From: Eledone cirrhosa
Taxonomy: Eukaryota
NCBI GenBank assembly: GCA_964016885.1
Contig: OZ024744.1
Span: 33,542,001-33,606,000 of the forward strand
DNA: 64,000 bases
Direction: 5' to 3'
In this document: positions 50,824 to 64,000 of the stretch, one piece after another
How positions within the stretch are numbered: the first letter of the stretch is position 1
How the letters are laid out: the number at the start of each line of letters is the position of its first letter
Translations under genes and position numbers: made by a program
Notes under the pieces: generated by a model
What the model saw: the letters and a program-made list of their open reading frames with translations, nothing else
Told to the model about the DNA's origin: nothing
Databases searched by the model: none

Positions 50824-52186
50824 GTGACATATGTATGCAGTTTGGTATTGGTAAATGTGGAGTCATTGTGATGAGGAGGGGTAGGTTGAGCAGAAGTAAC
50901 GGGATCCAGATACCAACAGGTGAGATGATAAAGGAAATTGACTCTGAGGAGGGATACAAGTATTTGGGCGTTCTGGAGGCTGATGGCATAAAGAACAAAA
51001 AAATGAAGGAATTGTTAAGAACTGAATACATTCGGAGAGTAAGGAGCGTATTGAAGTCACATCTGAACAGCAGAAATTCCATAAGCGCAGTAAATTCCCG
51101 AGCTGTGTCTATTATTAGGTACAGTGCGGGAATTCTGAGATGGAATGTTGCTGAACAAAAAGAAATGGATAGGAAGACTAGGAAGCTATTGACTATCTAC
51201 AACATGTTCCACAAGAGGAGTGATGTCGATAGACTCTACCTAAGGAGATCTGAGGGTGGAAGAGGTCTTATCAGCATAGAGGACTGTGTTCAGATGGAGA
51301 AAAACAACCTATACAAATACGTGACCTATAGTAAGGAACCAATGCTCAGAACTGTACTGAAGGAGGGGACAGTAGGCCAGGGGATGTCCAAGGAGGAAAT
51401 AACATCAAGGAGGAAGAGCAGCCTTAAGGGAAAATCCCTTCATAGTACCTTCTTTGAGAAAACTGAATTTAGACATCCACAGACATGGAACTGGTTGAGA
51501 AGAGGAGACCTCAAAAAGGCTACAGAAGGAATGCTAATGTGCAGGATCTGTGGAGAGAGAGAGGAGACTGTGGCTCACATTGTGTCCGAGTGTAAACACC
51601 TAGCCCAGACCCACTATAAGGGCTGGAGACACGATGTGATGGGCAGGGTGATCCACTGGCACCTGTGCAAAGTAAACAATTTACCACATTCTGAGAAATG
51701 GTATGAGCATAGGCCAGAGGCGGTGATGGAGAACAATCAGGTGAAGGTGCTGTGGGATTTTAGGATACAGACGGACAAAAAACTGGAACACAATAGACCT
51801 GACCTGGTGGTTGTGGACAAAGAAAAAAGATCGTGTCTGATTGTGGATGTGGCCTGCCCGTTCGACACGAGAGTGCAAGAGAAGGAGAGGGAGAAAATTA
51901 ACCGATACCAGGACCTAAAGTGGGAGGTGAAAAGGATTTGGAAATGCCATGAAGTCAAAGTGATCCCGATTGTCATAGGCGCACTGGGGACTATCTCCAA
52001 AAGTTTCTAGGGATGGTTAAAGAAAATCGGCCCCTTCACGCTTTTTGGAACGCTTCAAAAGGCATGCTTGCTTGGAACAGCAAGAGCCCTCCGATACGTC
52101 CTGAATATCTGAGGCTGCAGGTAGTGGCTTGATATTCATTCCAACGGACTTTCCAGTTAACCAACATCAATGACTGAGATTCAAGG
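50823..52186 (+). mobile_element. 5'-truncated RLE family A copy with small internal deletion and premature stop
   Basis: ORF 50835-52010 lacks AAQEQ...SPL (deletion at ~51538). Confidence 0.9.
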
Positions 52187-52240
52187 AATAACAACAATAA
52201 TAATAATAATAATAATAATAGTTCGAAAAGTAATAATAAT

Positions 52241-52541
52241 GTTTTCTTTATTAACCACAAGGGATTACATAAAGTAGACATTAAGGACAGTACAGGACAA
52301 TACAGGACGGTACAAATGGGCATTTCTGCGTGTAAAAAAAACAGAGGATGTAATAAAATAACAAAGAAAAATTCCCCAATAGGGGGGGAGACTTCCAAGG
52401 GACATTTGTGGAGAAAGCCCATTAAAAGACCACAGTGACCCTGGCCACCAGGGCAAGTGCCCTCTCCCAGTTTTCCACCTTTAATTTACAGACACATACT
52501 CATAGAAGGCCCATTCATTCGGGCCATACTTGCTTCTCTCA
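52241..52541 (-). mobile_element. 3'-terminal fragment of the Tx1-type element with 15-bp TSD (duplicated at 56257-56557)
   Basis: Matches 31576-31874. AAAAGTAATAATAAT occurs at 52226-52240 and 52542-52556. Confidence 0.88.
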
Positions 52542-52613
52542 AAAAGTAATAATAATAGTAACAATAATAATAATAATAATAATAATAATAAGAAGAAGAA
52601 GAAGAAGAAGAAT

Positions 52614-55600
52614 ACGAAATCACCGGAGGTGATGAAATCACCGGTGGTTATGTAACCATACATTCGCCAATCCTCGATAAGAGTGTTTAAATGTCGAACC
52701 TAAACAGTTCGAATAACTGTGAAATGGAGACTAGAATGTCATGTGACAGACTCTCACCCAACAGGTGCTCCCTGGCTCAGCAGCAGGGACCTGGCTGTCA
52801 ACCAAATACTGCTGGTGTCGGAGGAAGAAGAAGAAAGAAAGGGACCAGAACCAACTGGAAGAAAGAATTGAATAGAACTGTTATGCAATGTTACCTGAAG
52901 AGTAACCCCAAGGAGAAAGGCTATAGGAAACGGATGCATAACATCTGGAACGAGATTGGTCTATTTAAATTAGATGAACAAAAATTGGCCGGGCAGGCTC
53001 GGGTAATAAGAACTAATGGGTGGATAAGCGAGCTGGAACTGGAGGAACTGAGCAGAGAGATTAGCTTAGAGATGGAGAGTGGAGTATGCCAGGCAAACGA
53101 GCCAGTGGGAAATGAAGGGGAAGAGGTCGAGAGAACGGAGGAACCACCCGAAGCAGACAATGATCTGAATGCTGAGATAAATAATACCTGGAACAGAGAT
53201 ACGGCCACTGAGGAGATGAATGCTGACGGGCTAGGACAAGATTTGGTTGATATCCTAAACTTAGTGGTAGATGAATTGAACAATGATAGTGGGAGACCTA
53301 TGAACCTAAGATTTGTAGACAGGAAAAAGTTAAAAGAAACAACAGCTAAGGTAAACAAAGTCATCCCATACCTTGAGGCGAGGAGCCTTCAGCAGTGCAA
53401 CAATATCCTCAAAGCAACAGCAAATACGGTGAGGAACCTACTTGGTATAAAAGCGAGAGGAAACAACAGACAAGAAAGAGCAGAGCCTTGGTGGAAGAAA
53501 CGACTGAGTGGTCAAATCCGGGAAATGAGAAATTATATTGGAAAGCTTGAGTCCCTACTGAATGGGACTCTAAAAAACATAGACACTAAAAATAGACTGG
53601 AAATAAAGTACAAAATTAGGAGGAAAAATCTAAATATTATCATAGAGGAACTGAAGCAACGCATTGTAGCATAGAGTGTAAAAATCAGGCGATACGAGAA
53701 CAGAGTCAGTCAGTATAGACAGAACCGCATGTTCGACAACAACCAGAAGATGCTGTTTGGACAGCTTGAAGGGAAAGAAAGAGGCAACGACTTGATCCCT
53801 GAGGCAGAACAAACTAAAACATTCTGGAGAGGAATATGGGAGCAGGATGTTAAACATAATGACCAGGCAGTGTGGATTGAGACAATACGGAAGGAGATTA
53901 GTGAACAGGCACACCAAGAAACTGATTTGAGTATCACAGTTGAAACTCTTAAGGGGTAGGCCAAAAAACTAACCAACTGGAAATCACCAGGCCCAGATGG
54001 TGTGCAGGGGTATTGGATTAAAAATATAACATCCCTCCACCCGGAACTGACAACCATGTTCAATCCATGTTCAATGACTGCTTGATGTCAGGTGAGGTAC
54101 CAGAGTGGTTGACAAAAGGTACCACAGTTCTGATAATGAAAGACCGAATCAAGGGTAATGATGTTACCAACTATAGACCTATCACATGTCTGTCCGTAAT
54201 GTGGAAACTGTTGACAAGCATTATGTCTGAGGAAATCTACCATCACCACCACACAAACAACTTGTTACCCGACGAACAGAAAGGATGCCGAAAGAAGTCA
54301 CGTGGTACAAAGGACCAGTTACTTATTGATAAGATGGTAATGAGGAATTGCAAGAGGAGACACACTGGTCTTGCCATGGGATGGATAGACTACAAAAAGG
54401 CATTTGACATGGTGCCTCATTCTTGGATCACCAAAAGCCTGGAGATCTTCAAGGTGGCAGATAACATCAGACAGTTGTTGGGCAAAAGTATGAAGTCCTG
54501 GGAAACAGAGTTAACATCAACTGGAGAATCCTTGGGAAGCGTGAAGATCAAGAGAGGTATCTTCCAGGGAGATAGTCTGTCCCCTCTGTTGTTTGTCCTT
54601 GCCCTGATGCCCCTGACCAGTGTACTGCGAAAAGTGAGAGCAGGATACAGGTTGGGAAAGGGAGGGCTTACCATCAATCACCTCCTCTTCATGGACGATC
54701 TTAAGCTCTTCGGGAAGAGTGAGAAGGAGTTGGATGTGCTTGTTGACACTGTCCGTATTTTCAGCAATGATATATGTATGCAATTTGGTATTAGTAAGTG
54801 TGGAGTCATTGTGATGAAGAGGGGTAAATTGAGCAGAATTAACGGAATCCAGGTACCAACAGGTGAGATGATAAAGGAAATTGACTCTGAAGATGGATAC
54901 AAGTATTTGGACGTTCTGGAGGCTGATGACATCATGAACAAAAAAATGAAGGAATTGATAAGAACTGAATACATTCGGAGAGTAAGGAGCGTATTAAAGT
55001 CACATCTGAACAGTAGGAATGCCATAAGTGCAGTAAATTCCCGAGCTGTGTCTATTATTAGGTACAGTGCGGGAATTCTGAGATGGAATGTTGCTGAACA
55101 TAAGGAAATGGATAGGAAGACTAGGAAGCTATTGACTATCTACAACATGTTCCACAAGAGGAGTGATGTGGTTAGACTCTACTTAAGGAGATCTGAAGGT
55201 GGAAGAGGTCTTATCAGCATAGAGGACTGTGTTCAGATGGAGAAAAACAACCTACACAAATACGTGACTGATAGTAAGGAGCCAATGCTCAGAACTCTAC
55301 TGAAGGAGAGGACAATAGGCCAGGGGATGTCCAAGGAGGAAATAACATCAAAGAGAAAGAGCAGCCATCAGGAAAAATCCCTTCATAGTACCTTCTTTCA
55401 GAAAACTGAATTTAGAGATCCACAGACATGGAACTGGTTGAAAAGAGGAGACCTTAAAAAGACCTACAGAAAGAATGTTAATGGCTGCGCAGGAGCAGGC
55501 CCTCAAAACGAAGTGGTTGAAACACCATATTTACAAGGAGGAGGCTAGCCCACTGTGCAGGATCTGTGGACAGAGAGAGGAGACTGTGGCTCACATTGTA

Positions 55601-56202
55601 TCCGAGTGTAAACACCTAGCCCAGACTCAGTATAAGGGCTGGAGACACGATGTGATGGGCAGGGTGATCCACTGGCACCTATGCAAAGTAAACAATTTAC
55701 CACATTCTGAGAAGTGGTATGAGCATAAGCCAGAGGCTGTGATAGAAAACGATCAGGTGAAGGTGCTGTGGGATTTTAGGATACAGACGGACAAGAAACT
55801 TGAACACAATAGACCTGACCTGGTGGTTGTGGACAAAGAAAAAAGATCGTGTCTGATTGTGGATGTGGCCTGCCCGTTCGACACGAGAGTGCAAGAGAAG
55901 GAGAGGGAGAAAATTAACCGATACCAGGACCTAAAGTGGGAGGTGAAAAGGATTTGGAACTGCCATGAAGTCAAAGTGATCCCGATTGTCATAGGCGCAC
56001 TGGGGACTATCTCCAAAAGTTTCTAGGGATGGTTAAAGAAAATCGGCCCCTTCACGCTTTTTGGAACGCTTCAAAAGGCATGCTTGCTTGGAACAGCAAG
56101 AGCCCTCCGATACGTCCTGAATATCTGAGGCTGCAGGTAGTGGCTTGATATTCATTCCAACGGACTTTCCAGTTAACCAACATCAATGACTGAGATTCAA
56201 GG
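52614..56202 (+). mobile_element. RLE family A, subfamily A2, disrupted (chimeric 3' end)
   Basis: Fragments 52691-53674, 54067-55548 and 55475-56026. Stops at 53672 and 53957; 11-bp duplication at ~54055. Confidence 0.9.
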
Positions 56203-56626
56203 AATAACAACAATAATAATAATAATAATAATAATAGTTCGAAAAGTAATAATAATGTTTTCTTTATTAACCACAAGGGATTACATAAAGTAGACATTAA
56301 GGACAGTACAGGACAATACAGGACGGTACAAATGGGCATTTCTGCGTGTAAAAAAAACAGAGGATGTAATAAAATAACAAAGAAAAATTCCCCAATAGGG
56401 GGGGAGACTTCCAAGGGACATTTGTGGAGAAAGCCCATTAAAAGACCACAGTGACCCTGGCCACCAGGGCAAGTGCCCTCTCCCAGTTTTCCACCTTTAA
56501 TTTACAGACACATACTCATAGAAGGCCCATTCATTCGGGCCATACTTGCTTCTCTCAAAAAGTAATAATAATAGTAACAATAATAATAATAATAATAATA
56601 ATAATAAGAAGAAGAAGAAGAAGAAT

Positions 56627-59600
56627 ACGAAATCACCGGAGGTGATGAAATCACCGGTGGTTATGTAACCATACATTCGCCAATCCTCGATAAGAGTGTT
56701 TAAATGTCGAACCTAAACAGTTCGAATAACTGTGAAATGGAGACTAGAATGTCATGTGACAGACTCTCACCCAACAGGTGCTCCCTGGCTCAGCAGCAGG
56801 GACCTGGCTGTCAACCAAATACTGCTGGTGTCGGAGGAAGAAGAAGAAAGAAAGGGACCAGAACCAACTGGAAGAAAGAATTGAATATAACTGTTATGCA
56901 ATGTTACCTGAAGAGTAACCCCAAGGAGAAAGGCTATAGGAAACGGATGCATAACATCTGGAACGAGATTGGTCTATTTAAATTAGATGAACAAAAATTG
57001 GCCGGGCAGGCTCGGGTAATAAGAACTAATGGGTGGATAAGCGAGCTGGAACTGGAGGAACTGAGCAGAGAGATTAGCTTAGAGATGGAGAGTGGAGTAT
57101 GCCAGGCAAACGAGCCAGTGGGAAATGAAGGTGAAGAGGTCGAGAGAACGGAGGAACCACCCGAAGCAGACAATGATCTGAATGCTGAGATAAATAATAC
57201 CTGGAACAGAGATACGGCCACTGAGGAGATGAATGCTGATGGGCTAGGACAAGATTTGGTTGATATCCTAAACTTAGTGGTAGATGAATTGAACAATGAT
57301 AGTGGGAGACCTATGAACCTAAGATTTGTAGACAGGAAAAAGTTAAAAGAAACAACAGCTAAGGTAAACAAAGTCATCCCATACCTTGAGGCGAGGAGCC
57401 TTCAGCAGTGCAACAATATCCTCAAAGCAACAGCAAATACGGTGAGGAACCTACTTGGTATAAAAGCGAGAGGAAACAACAGACAAGAAAGAGCAGAGCC
57501 TTGGTGGAAGAAACGACTGAGTGGTCAAATCCGGGAAATGAGAAATTATATTGGAAAGCTTGAGTCCCTACTGAATGGGACTCTAAAAAACATAGACACT
57601 AAAAATAGACTGGAAATAAAGTACAAAATTAGGAGGAAAAATCTAAATATTATCATAGAGGAACTGAAGCAACGCATTGTAGCATAGAGTGTAAAAATCA
57701 GGCGATACGAGAACAGAGTCAGTCAGTATAGACAGAACCGCATGTTCGACAACAACCAGAAGATGCTGTTTGGACAGCTTGAAGGGAAAGAAAGAGGCAA
57801 CGACTTGATCCCTGAGGCAGAACAAACTAAAACATTCTGGAGAGGAATATGGGAGCAGGATGTTAAACATAATGACCAGGCAGTGTGGATTGAGACAATA
57901 CGGAAGGAGATTAGTGAACAGGCACACCAAGAAACTGATTTGAGTATCACAGTTGAAACTCTTAAGGGGTAGGCCAAAAAACTAACCAACTGGAAATCAC
58001 CAGGCCCAGATGGTGTGCAGGGGTATTGGATTAAAAATATAACATCCCTCCACCCGGAACTGACAACCATGTTCAATCCATGTTCAATGACTGCTTGATG
58101 TCAGGTGAGGTACCAGAGTGGTTGACAAAAGGTACCACAGTTCTGATAATGAAAGACCGAATCAAGGGTAATGATGTTACCAACTATAGACCTATCACAT
58201 GTCTGTCCGTAATGTGGAAACTGTTGACAAGCATTATGTCTGAGGAAATCTACCATCACCACCACACAAACAACTTGTTACCCGACGAACAGAAAGGATG
58301 CCGAAAGAAGTCACGTGGTACAAAGGACCAGTTACTTATTGATAAGATGGTAATGAGGAATTGCAAGAGGAGACACACTGGTCTTGCCATGGGATGGATA
58401 GACTACAAAAAGGCATTTGACATGGTGCCTCATTCTTGGATCACCAAAAGCCTGGAGATCTTCAAGGTGGCAGATAACATCAGACAGTTGTTGGGCAAAA
58501 GTATGAAGTCCTGGGAAACAGAGTTAACATCAACTGGAGAATCCTTGGGAAGCGTGAAGATCAAGAGAGGTATCTTCCAGGGAGATAGTCTGTCCCCTCT
58601 GTTGTTTGTCCTTGCCCTGATGCCCCTGACCAGTGTACTGCGAAAAGTGAGAGCAGGATACAGGTTGGGAAAGGGAGGGCTTACCATCAATCACCTCCTC
58701 TTCATGGACGATCTTAAGCTCTTCGGGAAGAGTGAGAAGGAGTTGGATGTGCTTGTTGACACTGTCCGTATTTTCAGCAATGATATATGTATGCAATTTG
58801 GTATTAGTAAGTGTGGAGTCATTGTGATGAAGAGGGGTAAATTGAGCAGAATTAACGGAATCCAGGTACCAACAGGTGAGATGATAAAGGAAATTGACTC
58901 TGAAGATGGATACAAGTATTTGGACGTTCTGGAGGCTGATGACATCATGAACAAAAAAATGAAGGAATTGATAAGAACTGAATACATTCGGAGAGTAAGG
59001 AGCGTATTAAAGTCACATCTGAACAGTAGGAATGCCATAAGTGCAGTAAATTCCCGAGCTGTGTCTATTATTAGGTACAGTGCGGGAATTCTGAGATGGA
59101 ATGTTGCTGAACATAAGGAAATGGATAGGAAGACTAGGAAGCTATTGACTATCTACAACATGTTCCACAAGAGGAGTGATGTGGTTAGACTCTACTTAAG
59201 GAGATCTGAAGGTGGAAGAGGTCTTATCAGCATAGAGGACTGTGTTCAGATGGAGAAAAACAACCTACACAAATACGTGACTGATAGTAAGGAGCCAATG
59301 CTCAGAACTCTACTGAAGGAGAGGACAATAGGCCAGGGGATGTCCAAGGAGGAAATAACATCAAAGAGAAAGAGCAGCCATCAGGAAAAATCCCTTCATA
59401 GTACCTTCTTTCAGAAAACTGAATTTAGAGATCCACAGACATGGAACTGGTTGAAAAGAGGAGACCTTAAAAAGACCTACAGAAAGAATGTTAATGGCTG
59501 CGCAGGAGCAGGCCCTCAAAACGAAGTGGTTGAAACACCATATTTACAAGGAGGAGGCTAGCCCACTGTGCAGGATCTGTGGACAGAGAGAGGAGACTGT

Positions 59601-60217
59601 GGCTCACATTGTATCCGAGTGTAAACACCTAGCCCAGACTCAGTATAAGGGCTGGAGACACGATGTGATGGGCAGGGTGATCCACTGGCACCTATGCAAA
59701 GTAAACAATTTACCACATTCTGAGAAGTGGTATGAGCATAAGCCAGAGGCTGTGATAGAAAACGATCAGGTGAAGGTGCTGTGGGATTTTAGGATACAGA
59801 CGGACAAGAAACTTGAACACAATAGACCTGACCTGGTGGTTGTGGACAAAGAAAAAAGATCGTGCCTGATTGTGGATGTGGCCTGCCCATTCGACACGAG
59901 AGTGCAAGAGAAGGAGAGGGAGAAAATTAACCGATACCAGGACTTAAAGTGGGAGGTAAAAAGGATTTGGAACTGCCATGAAGTCAAAGTGATCCCGATT
60001 GTCATAGGCGCACTAGGGACTATCTCAAAATGTTTCCAGGGATGGTTAAAGAAAATTGGCCCCTTCACGCTTTTTGGAACGCTTCAAAAGGCTTTCTTGC
60101 TGGAAACAGCAAGAACCCTCCGATACGTCCTGAATATCTGAGGCTGCAGGTAGTGGCTTGATATTCATTTCAACAAACTTTCCAGTTAACTAACATCAAT
60201 GACTGAGACTCAAAGAG
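56627..60217 (+). mobile_element. RLE family A, subfamily A2, disrupted; tandem duplicate
   Basis: Carries the same lesions as 52614-56202 at an offset of 4013. Confidence 0.9.
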
Positions 60218-60252
60218 TAATAACAATAATAATAATAATTACTATTATTATT

Positions 60253-63200
60253 GTCTCAAGTTTTAATAAAATATTTGATAACAAAATGTTTAATTCCAAT
60301 ATCAAGGAATATGTCAACACATTTACGCGTCTAATCCCATAGATTCTCCGATCAAACAAAAATACAGTCTATTTAACAAAACTCAGTAACGACAACGCCA
60401 TCACTACAGTCACCGCCGCCGCCCATCCATCATTACTACCACTATCCCATCACCGCCGCCACCACTCCTTCATTGCTACCACCGCTACCCCCCCCCTTAC
60501 ATTCTGTTAACTTACGAAAGGGGAAGATGGCGGTATCACTAGACAATATTAATAAACAAGATTAATATTTAATTTTGGATCAGGAATGTTAGAGTCGAAA
60601 AGGAGGAAAATGACAAAATGACTAATTAGCTAAAGATAATTTCACCACCACTACCACGATGAAAACTCTGGTCAAGTCGACTCGACTCGACCGCTATTTC
60701 TACTCCAACTTCAACACCATCACTACAGTAATGCGAACACATCACCACCACCACTGCCTCATTATCGCTACCGCCGCTATTCTCTCCCACTACCTCCTGC
60801 TAGTTGCTGCTAGCACAGCACCGCCACCACCACCACCACCACTGCCTCATTATTACTACCGCCGCTATTCTCTCCCGCTGCCCCCTGCTACATTGTAGAA
60901 TCCACACTAAAAGAGGAAGGCATCAAAATATATAAATAGACTGAATTGATGACCCGGTCAATATAAAAAAAACAAAAATCAAAATCAAAGCAGCACAGCA
61001 ACAACGAAAAACGTAAAGAAAATAAGAATGAAGAGAAAATCAAACAGATGGACAGAGAAGGGAAGGGAAAAACTAAGTCAGACATTCAAACACTACATTA
61101 CAATGAAACTTATACTTATTCATTTTTGGGTTTTTTTTTGCCTATTTGTTTGTTTGTTTATTTATGTTCGACTACAGCGTGATAATGCCACACAAAAATC
61201 ACGTGGAGTGACGAAACCACCGGAGATGATAAATTCACCGGTGGTTATGTAACCATACATTCGCCAATCCTCGATAAGAGTGTTTAAATGTCGAACCTAA
61301 ACAGTTCGAATAACTGTGAAATGGAGACTAGAATGTCATGTGACAGACTCTCACCCAACAGGTGCTCCCTGGCTCAGCAGCAGGGACCTGGCTGTCAACC
61401 AAATACTGCTGGTGTCGGAGGAAGAAGAAGAAAGAAAGGGACCAGAACCAACTGGAAGAAAGAATTGAATATAACTGTTATGCAATGTTACCTGAAGAGT
61501 AACCCCAAGGAGAAAGGCTATAGGAAACGGATGCATAACATCTGGAACGAGATTGGTCTATTTAAATTAGATGAACAAAAATTGGCCGGGCAGGCTCGGG
61601 TAATAAGAACTAATGGGTGGATAAGCGAGCTGGAACTGGAGGAACTGAGCAGAGAGATTAGCTTAGAGATGGAGAGTGGAGTATGCCAGGCAAACGAGCC
61701 AGTGGGAAATGAAGGTGAAGAGGTCGAGAGAACGGAGGAACCACCCGAAGCAGACAATGATCTGAATGCTGAGATAAATAATACCTGGAACAGAGATACG
61801 GCCACTGAGGAGATGAATGCTGACGGGCTAGGACAAGATTTGGTTGATATCCTAAACTTAGTGGTGATGAATTGAACAATGATAGTGGGAGACCTATGAA
61901 CCTAAGATTTGTAGACAGGAAAAAGTTAAAAGAAACAACAGCTAAGGTAAACAAAGTCATCCCATACCTTGAGGCGAGGAGCCTTCAGCAGTGCAACAAT
62001 ATCCTCAAAGCAACAGCAAATACGGTGAGGAACCTACTTGGTATAAAAGCGAGAGGAAACAACAGACAAGAAAGAGCAGAGCCTTGGTGGAAGAAACGAC
62101 TGAGTGGTCAAATCAGGGAAATGAGAAATTATATTGGAAAGCTTGAGTCCCTACTGAATGGGACACTAAAAAACATAGACACTAAAAATAGACTGGAAAT
62201 AAAGTACAAAATTAGGAGGAAAAATCTAAATATTATCATAGAGGAACTGAAGCAACGCATTGTAGCAAAGAGTGCAAAAATCAGGCGATACGAGAACAGA
62301 GTCAGTCAGTATAGACAGAACCGCATGTTGGACAACAACCAGAAGATGCTGTTTGGACAGCTTGAAGGGAAAGAAAGAGGCAACGACTTGATCCTGAGGC
62401 GGGACAAACTAAAACATTCTGGAGAGGAATATGGGAGCAGGATGTTAAACATAATGACCAGGCAGTGTGGATTGAGACAATACAGAAGGAGATTAGTGAA
62501 TAGGCATACCAACAAACTGATTTGAGTATCACAGTTGAAACTCTTAAGGGGCAGGCCAAAAAACTAACCAACTGGAAATCACCAGGCCCAGATGGTGTGC
62601 AGGGGTATTGGATTAAAAATATAACATCCCTCCACCCGAAACTGACAACCATGTTCAATGACTGATTGATGTCAGGTGAGGTACCAGAGTGGTTGACAAA
62701 AGGTACCACAGTTCTGATAATGAAAGACCGAATCAAGGGTAATGATGTTACCAACTATAGACCTATCACATGTCTGTCCGCAATGTGGAAACTGTTGACA
62801 AGCATTATGTCTGAGGAAATCTACCATCACCTCCACACAAACAACTTGTTACCGGAAGAACAGAAAGGATGCCGAAAGAAGTCACGTGGTACAAAGGACC
62901 AGTTACTTATTGATAAGATGGTAATGAGGAATTGCAAGAGGAGACACACTGGTCTTGCCATGGGATGGATAGACTACAAAAAGGCATTTGACATGGTGCC
63001 TCATTCTTGGATCACCAAAAGCCTGGAGATCTTCAAGGTGGCAGATAACATCAGACAGTTGTTGGGCAAAAGTATGAAGTCCTGGGAAACAGAGTTAACA
63101 TCAACTGGAGAATCCTTGGGAAGCGTGAAGATCAAGAGAGGTATCTTCCAGGGAGATAGTCTGTCCCCTCTGTTGTTTGTCCTTGCCCTGATGCCCCTGA

Positions 63201-64000
63201 CCAGTGTACTGCGAAAAGTGAGAGCAGGATACAGGTTGGGAAAGGGAGGGCTTACCATCAATCACCTCCTCTTCATGGACGATCTTAAGCTCTTCGGGAA
63301 GAGTGAGAAGGAGTTGGATGTGCTTGTTGACACTGTCCGTATTTTCAACAATGATATATGTATGCAATTTGGTATTAGTAAGTGTGGAGTCATTGTGATG
63401 AAGAGGGGTAAGTTGAGCAGAAGTAACGGAATCCAGGTACCAACAGGTGAGATGATAAAGGAAATTGACTCTGAAGAAGGATACAAGTATTTGGGCGTTC
63501 TGGAGGCTGATGACATCAAGAACAAAAAAATGAATGAATTGATAAGAACCGAATATATTCGGAGAGTAAGGAGCGTATTAAAGTCACATCTGAACAGTAG
63601 GAATGCCATAAGTGCAGTAAATTCCCGAGCTGTGTCTATTATTAGGTACAGTGCGGGAATTCTGAGATGGAATGTTGCTGAACAAAAAGAAATGGATAGG
63701 AAGACTAGGAAGCTATTGACTATCTACAACATGTTCCACAAGAGGAGTGATGTCGATAGACTCTACTTAAGGAGATCTGAAAGTGGAAGAGGTCTTATCA
63801 GCATAGAGGACTGTGTTCAGATGGAGAAAAACAACCTACACAAATACGTGACTGATAGTAAGGAGCCAATGCTCAGAACTCTCCTGAAGGAGGGGACAAT
63901 AGGCCAGGGGATGTCCAAGGAGGAAATAACATCAAGGAGGAAGAGCAGCCTTAAGGGAAAATCCCTTCATAGTACCTTTTTTGAGAAAACTGAATTTAGA
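60253..64000 (+). mobile_element. RLE family A, subfamily A2, with long 5' region; runs off the window
   Basis: ORF starts at 61288 and has independent frameshifts and stops. The 5' region is homologous to 38190-38870. Confidence 0.88.

Noticed and set aside
39067-63609. Repeated antisense ORFs within family A copies
   Set aside because: They are shadows of the sense RT ORF, repeated only because the elements are repeated.

Overview
Animal non-genic DNA made almost entirely of retroelements and microsatellites. The SINE types and the (TA)n/(TACA)n/(TAA)n load suggest a cephalopod such as Octopus, which is an inference. No host protein-coding gene is supportable. The left half (1-31.5 kb) holds (TACA)n-associated R4/Dong-type RLE non-LTR copies from two families, three Penelope-like (RT + GIY-YIG) relics, about ten minimal type-I hammerhead ribozyme motifs in pLTR-like fragments (two inside long fold-back palindromes), RTE-derived short elements, tRNA-SINEs, a MITE pair and a Helitron-type element. 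The right half (31.5-64 kb) is one continuous chain of non-LTR retrotransposons separated only by (TAA)n tracts. R4/Dong-type elements there are always on + and include one intact 1130-aa ORF at 38870-42262. L1/Tx1-type APE elements are always on -. The most notable points are a (TAA)n-targeting Tx1-like family with a fixed insertion register, a candidate 52/53-nt intron that would fuse its ORF1 and ORF2 in frame, an ORF1/5' module swap, the ribozyme-bearing palindromes, and a 4-kb tandem duplication whose crossover maps to about 50 bp.
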